Of a stretch of 60,000 bases of DNA, positions 13,898 to 24,967 are shown piece after piece. The DNA lies in assembly GCA_044892525.1 (NCBI GenBank), contig CM097885.1, forward strand, positions 26,352,001 through 26,412,000, written 5' to 3'. The DNA is from Schmidtea polychroa. Taxonomy: Eukaryota. The notes beneath the pieces were generated by a model. The model had not been told where the DNA came from. It worked only from the letters and a program-made list of their open reading frames with translations, and did not search any database. The first letter of the stretch is position 1. Each line of letters starts with the position of its first letter. The translations under genes and the position numbers were made by a program.

Positions 13898-15368
13898 ATG
13901 ATTATAAAAGCAAAGTTTCACAAGGAAACTGTTACAGCAGTGGACTTGGATAATGTCCTTACAATAAGTGAGATAGAAATTGATCAATTAAATCAAATAT
14001 CAGCCATACCACATATATTGGGAATCGAGCTGATGAAAAACGCAAGAGATGGGAAAGCCATTAAGATGATAATGGATTGGATACTGGAGTTGCGAATCCC
14101 AGTAGATACTCTTAGAGAGATAATGCCATTGGTTCTGCCTTTATTAAAAGAGACATCACAATTTCAGACACAAGCAAAGATGCTGTTGATTAAAAATGGA
14201 CATGCTATCAGCATCTGGAAGGTAGACAAGGTCCAGTGACGTTAGATATCAGGATACCCAGGAGAGGACACCTGATACAGCAATTCTCATGTTATCATAG
14301 AATAAAGAAACTGAGAAAAAGAATATCAGAAATAGTAAAAGAATCATTCATAATAATGATACATGGTTGTCAGGTGGATGACGACGAATTTCTAGTAGAT
14401 GTTGGATGTTTTCCAGATGAGGAAACAACTGTATTGATATTACTGGTAGAGTTTCCAGAGGATCAATGGGCAACCCTGAGATTGCCAGACAATGGTGATA
14501 TGGAGGATGAAACTGGATATCCCGAGCAAAAACAAGTAGATGCGGATACTCATCAAGAACCCGTAACTACAGTAGATCTAGATGAGGAGATAGATAAATA
14601 TCTAAAGGAACTCGATAGCACTGAAGATGAATTGGTCGAAATATTTCCAACAGAGGAAGATAAAAAAGTACAATTAAATCGAGACGAAACGAACATCGGA
14701 GCGAGTACTTCGCAACAGATCAAGCCATCAAGAGAAAGGGTGAGCCCGAAATTAGTCGAGAATAAAAGGAAGGAGAGAAGGGGTAGACCGAGAAAAAGTC
14801 AAATGAACCCGCCTCCAAGAGAACTTCTAAAACCAGTTACAATACAAAATGTAACAAAGCAGGCTCTAGCAGAGATAGCTAGCCAAATCGATGAAAGCGT
14901 TGAAGATGTTAGTGATAAAACGGAAACATGGAAAAGATTGAATCAAATATTACGACTGATTAAGCCCGATTGGCAAATTAAGAAAAAAATAAAAATATTA
15001 ATGTGGAGAAAATTACAGAAAAAGTCAAGAAAGCGATGGAAAAGATTCCAGGAAGCACCACAGAACAAGAGATGTTCGAAGTAGCAGGACAATTCATAGA
15101 TGAAGGCCTGACGAAAGGGAAAATGATAACGATTTTAGCCTTAATGTTTAAAAATGCCTTGATCATAATTAAATATGATTCATCGAGAGTCCCAGCAGCC
15201 ATAGACAGGTTAACTGATATCATCGAAGTGAACTTCGGAACATGGATGGCTGAGCACAAGTTTTGGGATATAAAAGAACCGAAAGGAAAATATGAGTTAA
15301 ATGAAGAATTGTTGACAGAAAATATTTCAAGTAGTCCACGGGGAACAGTGGATTTACTAGTTGGATGA
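13898..15368 (+). CDS. Accessory ORFs of element X; 14236-15084 has a ubiquitin-like N-terminus, an acidic region and an AT-hook, and probably frameshifts into 15003-15368
   Basis: LDIRIPRRG..RIKKLRKRISE..IMIHGCQVDDDEFLVDVG (Ubl pattern); RRGRPRK; TATAAATA at about 13798 upstream. Confidence 0.55.
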
Positions 15369-16930
15369 TGATGTTGTTGGTAATGATGGGAATATTGCGA
15401 CAGACAAATTCCCCAACGGCACATGATTGTAGCGAACCAATACTATCGCGAATCTACTCACTAGTAGACACAGTGGAATGCAAGGAAGCATATCCAGATA
15501 AAGTTGCAAAAAGGGAAGACGTGGAATATCATGTTTATCAGCAAACAGAGTTTTACAGAACCAGAGTGAGGGAATGTCGAATACAGAGAGCGACGTTTGA
15601 ATATTACTGTGGATCGAATAGTTATTCAGCATTTTTAGGAGCTAAACTCATTCCCACACCTTTAATAATCCCACCAGAGGATTGTGTAAATGCTTTTCGG
15701 ACAAAAACAGTTAAAATAGATCATAAGGTAACACTTACCGCTGAAGAAGGGAAAAAGTTGGGTATAACTATTACCCGGGGAGGACCGATAGCAGATGATG
15801 GTTCTTGTCAGGGCAGAAAGAAAGTAAGAGGTTCTAATGTAGTAAGCTATGTGGTAACAGTTGAGGACTACACAGTAGAGCTGATCGAGTACGAAGGAAC
15901 CTTTGAAGTATCCACGGGAAAAATGATGTCTCACCCAGAATGCAACTTGAAATTTGGTTATTATAAAACTAGTCTGGCAGCACTAACGTACCAATCAATG
16001 AGATACTTTTGTGATTTAGGATATCTGAAAAAGGTAGTATTTTCAAGGCTAGATGGGAAAAGTTTTACGTCTCAGGATGCACAACAAAGTGGTTGAGGAG
16101 ACAAGATAGCTCACAAAACGAAAAAGGAAGAAGTAGCGGAGAAAAGCACAACAGTAGTATTAGTCTCAAAGGACCCAACAGATGCAATTCCTTTATTCAA
16201 AAAGAAACAGACAACAAAATGTGGTGTACCAATATTTGAAACCAACTACAAGGGAATATACTTAGCATACAAATATGTTCCAGCGGCAGAATCATTACAT
16301 CTATCAGATAATAAAATAGCCAAGTATATCAATAATAAGATTGATTTCTTGTATCATGATTTACAGAAACAATTATTAGATGTGTATCAGGAAGTGATCC
16401 TGAACGACTGTCATTTAAATCGGGAAATAATACGGAATAGATTAGCAATATCTATAGCTAATCCCGATTTAATAATGCCAATGTTGACAGAGGAAGGAAC
16501 ATTTGGTAGAATTTTGGGTGAAGCAATTTATAGCTATCAATGTAAAGCAATAGATGTAGAAATTACCAAATATGATCGATGTACTTTGGAGCTTCCTTTG
16601 AAATATAAAGGGAAATTGAGATTCCTGATGCCAGTATCACATCAGTTATTAAAGGAGGATACCTCACCAGTAACGACAATTTGCAATCCAGCAATGTCAC
16701 CATTATACAAAATTAACAATATTTGGATTTCATTGCCAGACAGAAAGCCGCCTTCAAAACCAGTTGAAGTGCTTCAAGCTACAAAGTTAGAAACTAAAAT
16801 GGAGTTTCGACCATTAAACGAAATGTCAAAAGGCGGAGTATATACTCCGGAAGATATTGAAGAAGCTCGGTGACCCATTGTATTTCCCTAAATCAGAGAT
16901 CGGGGAGTGACAGAAATAATAACAAGAATT
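15365..16930 (+). pseudogene. env: Envelope glycoprotein, chuvirus/herpes-gB-like class III fusogen; in-frame stop at 16094-16096, 3' truncated
   Basis: Signal peptide, AHDC..YSLVDTVEC, VRECRI..YYCGSNSY, C..A, G.C.G, CGVPIFETNY, YINNKIDFLY..DC.LNRE..RLAI..P..GEAIY.YQC..V..C..ELP..RFL.P, GGVYTPEDI. Confidence 0.85.
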
Positions 16931-17336
16931 TATCAATCATTTGATGGAAAACCGAAATTTCAAAATTTTGAAAATAGTACTTTACAACAGTACCCTGTTA
17001 AAGCAAAAAGGAGGAAACGGCAGGAGTGGCCTGTGAATTTTTATCACCAAAAAAAAGTTAATACCAGAACGAGTTGAAGAGGAAATGCTAAAGAGGTTCG
17101 ATTTTAGAACAAATACAGATATATTACTATCTTCCTCATACCCAACGTATCAGATGAAGTTCGAGACAATGCCATCCTTGGGTACATCAGTATTGGAGAT
17201 GGTACCGAAATTTACATTTAGCACGTTGGAACGGCTAAAGGAAGAGTATCGAGACGAAATAAAATCGTAAAATGATAAAGATAGTGAAAATCAACAAAAA
17301 TTCAGAGATAATATTCGAGGAATCTCAACAATATTA

Positions 17337-17669
17337 ATGGTCAATACGGGTAAAAAGACTCATAAGCCCACGATTAAACTAAAAGTTAACAGGCATACGG
17401 TACATGCCATTATTGATTCAGGATCAGATTTGACATTGATCGAAGCAAATTTATTAAATGAAAAAGAATTACAAGCAATAGTGCCAACATTAACTGTGGC
17501 ATCGGGAGCACATGGACAACCTATCAATGTTATCGGAACATTAGATTGTGAATTAAGGTTGTGCGATCAAAAATTTAGACACGATATCAAGGTCACTAGA
17601 CACTGTATGGCAGAATGTATCGTGGGAATGGATATATTGAAAAAGTTAAAAGATATTGTATTCGATTGA
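17337..17669 (+). pseudogene. Retropepsin aspartic protease of element X; RT/IN missing
   Basis: HAIIDSGSDLTLI, ASGAHGQPINVIG, CIVGMDIL. Confidence 0.92.
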
Positions 17670-17739
17670 GCAACAGGTGAATTAGTAAAAATGACGGGTA
17701 GAAAACGGAAAACCTACAGTGTGGGTGTAGTGTTTTTGG

Positions 17740-17912
17740 ATAAGTAGTGGGTATAATGGGAATCCTGGGACACGCCACCCTATGAAACCGACAATTTAAT
17801 GCTTTCAAGAATTTGAAATTTTTAAAAATTCAAACTTTTAAGATTTCAAACTTTCAAACTTCAGAAGTAACGGGTGGCGTGCCACAGGATTCCCATCATA
17901 CCCGCTACTTAT
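17740..17912. repeat. 41-bp inverted repeat with about 90-bp spacer (MITE or Polinton-terminal hairpin)
   Basis: ataagtagtgggtataatgggaatcctgggacacgccaccc (17740-17780) vs reverse complement of 17872-17912, a few mismatches. Confidence 0.8.
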
Positions 17913-18252
17913 AAAAATAAAATATTTTGATTTTTTGATTTAATGATTTTTATAATTTTATGGATTTGATAAATTTTATAAACTTGGTTGGGTGGTACCC
18001 AAGAAAACCTTTGATTTAATGTTTTGGGGAATTTTATAATTTTTATATTTTGGTTTGAGTTCGAACCAAGGTTCTCACTCAAACATGGTTTGACTTTGAA
18101 TCAAGATTCAAAGTCAAACAAGATTCGATGAATTTATAATTTGAGATTTTATATTTTGGTTTGAACCCAAACTTTGGGAATTAGTGAATTCACTGGTACC
18201 CAAAGGTTGTGAAATTTTATATTATAAAAATCTGAAAATTCTATTATAAATA

Positions 18253-19546
18253 ATGAATAATATAAATCCTGAAATTTCAGAAAAAAATAAATTAAATCTT
18301 GATTATAATAAACAGTTTATTCATGAAATTAAGAAAAATTATGTACTTAAAATTTGTCCAACTCCTGGTTCCATTGCAAATTTAGATCGTGGAGGTGATG
18401 TAGTTTTTCTATCTCTTCAAATATCAAATCCTATAGATATTTGTAATGCAAAATCATATGACAAAATTGAATTAGAAATTGAAGCAAATAAAGATATAAC
18501 TCTAGAAAATAATTTCTTTCCAAATATATTCACCAACATGAGATTAAAATTAGGATCATCAGAAATTGAAAATATATCAAATCCAGGTTCATATTCTACA
18601 ATGTTAAATTTTGTTTTGACTGGTTGTGATTACAAAAATGAATATGGTGAATTGACAGGTTGGATCCCTGATGTTATCAAATGTGATTCGGATAAAGATG
18701 GTTTAGATGCAAATTATGGTTATTATATGGTTATTATAAGTTCAACTTTATAAATCTAAAATATTTGAGGGTTATTTTGAATTGAAACATTTATTTGGGT
18801 TCCTTCAAAATTATAATCGTGTACTCCATAATGTTTTTATAGAATTAATTTGTAATAGCGCAATAAATGATCAAATATTATTCTATGGAGCTGCAGATAC
18901 AAAAGTTAAATTAAAATTAAAAACATTTGAATTACATATACCCGAATGGACATAAAATCCACATGCTGAAATTAAATTACTTGAAAGATTAAATTCCAAC
19001 AAGTCCATAAATGTTAATTATTTAAATAGAAAATGTAGTGAATTTGACATGACAGAAGGTTCAACATATTCTATAAAAGTAGCAAATTTAGCATATCGAC
19101 AAACATATATTTTAATTGGATTCAAAGAAACAGGTGTATCCTTTCAAAAAAATAGCAACTTATTTATTCAAAAGATTGGAGCTGAAAATTTAAAATCAAT
19201 TCAAATTCAATTGAATAGTTCTTATTATCCGATAAATAGAATGGAGTTTATTATAGAAAACAATGAAAATATATTCCCATATCTAAATTATATTCAAACA
19301 TGCCAAGATTTCAAAATTAAACCACAATTAAATTTAGAAGATTTCAAAAATTTGTATTCTATATTTTGTATAAATGTTTCAAATCAAGATTAGCTATAAA
19401 TAATGTTGATGTTACTCTTCATACAATAAAGGATTCTAATTTTAAATCAAAAATATATACATTAATTCTTAAAGAAAATAAAATAAAAATGAAGTTGTAT
19501 GGTGGAAAGATTTCAATAATTGGAAATGTTAGAGGGGATTCCTAAG
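18253..19546 (+). pseudogene. Polinton/adintovirus double-jelly-roll major capsid protein (stops and frameshifts)
   Basis: ITLENNFFPNIF..LKLGSSEIENI.NPG..STML; FELKHLFGF..YNRVL; YILIGFK; LKSIQIQLNSSYYP; L.LEDFKNLYSIFCINVSNQ. Confidence 0.8.
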
Positions 19547-19651
19547 TTTAAGGAATAAACAACTTTTATTACCAAAACAAGTTTTGTTAATAAAACAAAG
19601 TTTAATTTTCCAAACAAGTTTGGAAAAATAAACAAAATTAAGTTTTTTAAA

Positions 19652-20145
19652 ATGTCTAGATATTTTTGGACATGTGAAATTTGTCATTGTAGTATTACAA
19701 GACATCATAAATCAAGACATCTCAAAACCAAAAAACATTCATCATTGTTAAATTTAAGATCTGAAAATAACAATTTGAATAATGATAATAATGACAATAA
19801 TCAATGGTTGGATTTCAATCTTTCAAGTAGATTTGCTTTTGAATCATCTTTTGATTCAAAAGTTCCTTGTAATTTAAAACAGGGCTTCATTGGTGATTTA
19901 CAATCTTCAAAAATAACATCAACATTATTTAAACCCTTTACTACTGAAAAATATCCAGGTGAAAGACATTTAATTAAACACAAATATACTGGACCTGGAA
20001 CACGATTAGATATTAGACTTGATTAAAATAATAATCCCAAACAAGGAGAGGAACCAATAAATAAAATTGACCAAGCTGCTTTGAAACACGACATTGCTTA
20101 CAATTCAAAATATCTTAGAGATAGAAATGTTGCTGATGTTTATAG
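19652..20145 (+). pseudogene. C2H2-like zinc finger fused to a parvovirus-VP1-type phospholipase A2 domain
   Basis: CEICHC..RHHKSRHLKTKKH; HKYTGPGTRLDIRLD*..EEPINKIDQAALKHDIAY..RNVAD (Ca-binding GPG loop, catalytic HD). Confidence 0.85.
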
Positions 20146-20577
20146 GACGAAAGGATCCCAAGAGTCAAAATTTAATTGAAGAATACACAAAAGATTTGAA
20201 TCAATTAATTAAAGGATTTTCTTCAGATGATAAAAATGAAATTAAAAAATATTTACATTTAATAAAATTAGTAGGTAGTTCAAAATCAAAATATATAGAG
20301 TTTAAAGAGTTATTTAAATCAAAATGAAAAGGGTTATAGTGTTAAAGAAGAAAAAGGAATAAAAGGAAAAGATTATATTAAAACAAATTCTATTAATCTT
20401 TTTATTGAACTAAGAAAATTATTGGCAGCAGAGAAAACAGGACATAATAATTTAAATGTTGATATTTTAAAGATGGCCAAAAAAACTATTAAAACATGGA
20501 ATAATTTCACAAGATAAATTTAATAAATATTCTCGTTAATAAATAAATTTAATAAACCTCAAGTTTTTTAAAATAAA

Positions 20578-20829
20578 ATGACTGAGTATTCAATATTAGA
20601 TTTTTTAACAACATTTGGAATTGATACAAAAACAAATTTCGATTTAAAAGATTATGCGAATTATTTAAATTTACCAATTAAAATTTTGATGAATGATGAA
20701 TTAAAAAAAATTGGTAAAACTAAGAAAAATAATATAATAATCAATTATCAAAACTCAGATAAAAAAGGATCTCATTGGGTTGCGATTTATAATAAAATTA
20801 TATATTTTGATTCTTATGGAATTAATTAA
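20578..20829 (+). pseudogene. Adenain-like cysteine protease, truncated
   Basis: IIINYQNSDKKGSHWVAIY..YFDSYG. Confidence 0.85.
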
Positions 20830-20925
20830 ACCAACAAAACAAGTGGAGGAATTCCTCGACCAAAATTAAGGTTTAAAACAATATATATGTTTCATATCAA
20901 TAATATTTTTACTTTATTAAAACAC

Positions 20926-20958
<33 letters not shown>

Positions 20959-21049
20959 TAATAATAATAATAATAAAAATAATAATAATAATATTTTGAC
21001 TTTATTAAAACAAATTAAGACAAAATTTCCCCTCTAAATTACCTTTAAA

Positions 21050-21280
21050 ATGAACCCTTGATCAATAAAATTCAAGCAAAGGTACTCTCAAAATATTAAT
21101 TTAAAGAAAATACACACACCCAATCTTTAAATAAACTATATAGCCGCCATCTTGAAAAAATGACCTTGACCTTAAAAATACGACCTTGGCCTTAAAATTA
21201 TGACCTTGATGAGTCATCTAATGACATTGATGAGCCATCCCATGACCTTGATGAGTCATGATCTTTGTTTCAATGGCCTT
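21050..21280. repeat. Clustered tgaccttga motifs, possible Polinton terminal/subterminal region (similar aaggtca cluster at 45190-45350)
   Basis: Multiple tgacctt(g/a) copies and gccgccatcttg; the terminal role is inference. Confidence 0.4.
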
Positions 21281-21281
21281 G

Positions 21282-21978
21282 ATGAAAGATTTTCTTCGAT
21301 TAAACAAAAAATCTTTTACAATAAAATTAACTAAACAACTTCCATCAGCATATCATTTATTCATCAAAAGTAATTATCCAGAAATAATTGAATCATATGA
21401 AATTTCATATCGAGGAACTTCATTTTGTTGGACATAAAAATGCTGTTGAAAGAGATATACATGAAATATTAAAAACTAATTTTTCAATGAATGTTTCAGG
21501 ACAACAATTTAAAGAATATAAAAATTCTAAAATTTGTTGGATGTGTAAACAATCTTTGAGTTCGAACCAGGGTTCGAGCTCATACAAAGTTATAGATCAT
21601 GATCATTTTAAAGAAGCAAATAATTATCGAGGTGCCGCTCATCAAAGTTGTAATTTAAATTGTAACAAACCAACAAAGATACCAGTTATATTTCATAATC
21701 TCTTTGGATATGATATTCATTTATTCATAAAACATTTGGCAATAAATGCAAAAAATACTTTTAAAGTTATTGGTTTGACAAAAGAAAAATATAAATGTGT
21801 GGAATATGGCTGCTTAAAATTTATAGATTCTATGAATTTCTTTGGTGGGAGTTTAGACTCGATTTCAAAAACAATGTCAACTGAAGGGTTTGAAAATACA
21901 ACAGAATATGTTTTACAGAAATATAATATTCCAATTGAAGAATATCCAACATGTTTAGCAAAAGGAATATATCCATAT
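21282..21978 (+). repeat. Inverted duplication of a pPolB segment (source about 26842-27558)
   Basis: ORF 21388-21987 is nearly identical to part of ORF 26383-28146 on the opposite strand, with a short deletion. Confidence 0.95.
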
Positions 21979-23079
21979 TTAACTTGATTTAATGATTTTT
22001 ATAATTTTATGGACTTGATAATTTTTATAAAATTGGTTGGTTGGTACCCAAGAAAACCTTTGACTTAAATCGGATTTTGTATTAAAAAAAATTTTTTTTG
22101 TATTGAAAATCCCTGGATCAATCGAGACAGCCTCACTATAGTCTGAAAATTCTATGCTTTTTTAGTGTAGACCGCCTTTTGTATTTAAAAAAATATTTTG
22201 TATTGAAAATCCCTGGATCAATCGAGACACCCTCACTATAGTCTGAAAAACAAATTTGTACTAAAAATCCCTGAAAGCAAAAAAAGTGAGTTGCAACAAT
22301 TGCGTAATCAAAAGTTGCAATATAATGATCAAATTTAACAAGTTACAAAGTCAATTAACTGAACAAGTTGTAAAGTTAAATGCTGCCATATTAAATTTAT
22401 GAATACTAAATTTAATACAATATACAACACAATAAATGAGATAATTACATCATTTAATAAGCGAGTTTCAAATTTAGAGTCTCGATAACACATATTAACC
22501 CTACACACATCATTAGAAAAAGAGCAGCTGAATTACAAGAGAATCATGCATAATAACCTAATACATATAAATATATAACAGACTTCAATAACAACAATTA
22601 GTAAAGAATGGTCTTGTTTTATGATTGTAAAAATTATTGATCCATATTTCTTTTTACTTACTGATGATGATGAAACAATGAAATGGTTGAAATGTGATTA
22701 TAATAGTTAGCTTCAAAAGGATGATGTCAAAATGACTAGTTATGATTTTTCACATGTGTATTGGCATGATAATACTGAATCGCATAAAACATACAAAGTT
22801 AAAAGTAAGAATATTAATTTTCCTAGTTCACTCGTAAATTAATTATATAGATTTAATATTTTATGATAAATAGATTGATGCTAACGAGGTTCGTAAAGCG
22901 TTGTCCGAGTTGTATAAAGATGTGCTCACATCAAGACCATGTGAAATACGAATGTTGATACCACAGATTCATCATAATTTAATAACGATTGAACAGTCGT
23001 GGAAGATAATAGTAAATATTATAAAACACTTTTAAAAAGTTATTATTAATAAAAGTTTTTTATTATTAAAATATATAAA

Positions 23080-23430
23080 ATGGAGAAGGTAAAAGAAGAT
23101 TAAAGTTATCCAGAATTGAGATCATCAGGATATCATATATAATCACCTTTTGAACCACAAGTCCTTGTAATTCAAAAGCACCTCTCCTACAGAGAGAACC
23201 ATCAGCACCTAGTGAATTAGAAGTTATGAGAGTAAAAGAATTCAAATCTGAAAAACTTCATTTACAAGATTTATTAAAACATTATAAAAAAATTAAACAT
23301 AGATGGAATAGAGCCGATTGTTTGAAAATTGCAGGTTGTTCTTTAGGTTTTGCAACAACAATATTAACAGTTATATTACCTGCAACTAACCAGTACTAAC
23401 ACTTGTACCAATAATTCTTGGGAAAATCAA
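23080..23430 (+). pseudogene. Degenerate Polinton membrane-type protein (adintovirus gasderminX-like)
   Basis: PSAP..MRVKEFKSEK.HLQDLLKHYKKIKHRWNRADCLKIAGCSLGFATTILTVILP. Confidence 0.4.
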
Positions 23431-24967
23431 GAAAATTTTTTTTTATAATCATCATATAAAAATGGATCAAATAAGTGTGGTAGATACGAGTAAATTAAAT
23501 ATATTTTTATTAAAACAAAAAGCTGTGGAATTCACAAAAATAAAAAGTGAAAATCATAACCTTAGACAACCTCACATTTGTAAAATGACTGGTACTTCAC
23601 CATAAACAATGACAAGAATTCGGAATGATTTAGAAATGCCTTCACCTTATAGACATAGAATTAGAGCAAAAAGAAACTTTTTGCGTCGAGGACTTTTGAC
23701 CAATGCAAAAATACCTTTTTATATTGGGAATAATAATACATCAAATAATCCTAATACATCAAATAATCAAGTTTTTGATCAAAAACAAATTAATCCCATT
23801 CCCAATACTATTCCTGGTAAATCATTTTTATGTAATCATTGTACCAAAACTTTTAAATCAATAATTGTATACTTGAAAATAATGAAAAAGATGTAATGGG
23901 TTCTGGTAACCAAGATGAGAATCCTAATATTTCTGGAAGTATTTATTCTCCACCTAAAAAAGTTTTTGATCAAAAACAAGTTTTTGAATTAAAAGAAGAT
24001 GAAGAAGTTGAAGAAATAGAATAAGATGAAGAAGATGAAGAAGTTTTGGATTCAAAACAAGTTTTGAATTCAAAACAAAATATTGCCAAAAAACAATTGG
24101 ATGAAATTCTAGGAAGATATGGATAAATTTTTATATAAAATTCCATAAAATTCTATATAAAATGGATTTAACTTCTGCAGTTCAAATAATTAATCAAGAA
24201 CCAGAAATAGAAAAATTATTTCTTGAACGTTTGGATGAATAAAATAATCAAGCTTTAGGAACACAAGTTGCAATTGGTCGAGTTTCTTTTGTTTTAAATG
24301 TTGGACGGGATATATTAATGAAAATAACAATGAATAAATTGGTTGATGTTCATCATTGAAAGAGATGGTTTATTAATGGAGAATGTTTATTTATTAAAAT
24401 GTGCTAATATGGTTGATAAAAGTGTTGTGGAATCTATACGTGGAAAAGTTACTATAGAGTGTAGTAGTGATGCGGGACGTAATAAAATAGTACAAGGTAT
24501 ATTCCATGAATTAATCCAACGGCCAATATAAAAAATATTACAAGAAAATATACAATATTTCTAGTATTAACTGATTTTATATATTTTATTTCATTAATAT
24601 TTTCCTCATTTTTCTTTATTAGTTCACCAATAAGTTTATGAAAAATTTCAAGTTTACGAATAGCTTGAATGGTATCTGAAAATCGTAAATTGATGGTTGA
24701 CATTTTAAATATTAAAAATATAAAATTTGATGTAATCATCTTTTTGCTTATAAAAGCATTCTTGTAATTATTAATTCAGATTTAATCGTCTTTGAAATTA
24801 TTGCTTGATATTTAATCATTCTTTTGATTTTTAAATTATATATTGTCACATTTCGTCATGACGAAATTTGACGAAGAATAATTTAATCTGATTTAAAATA
24901 TAAAATAATGATTGGAAATAATTTAAAGTAATTAAATATGATGGAATCCAATTTAATTTGATTGAAT

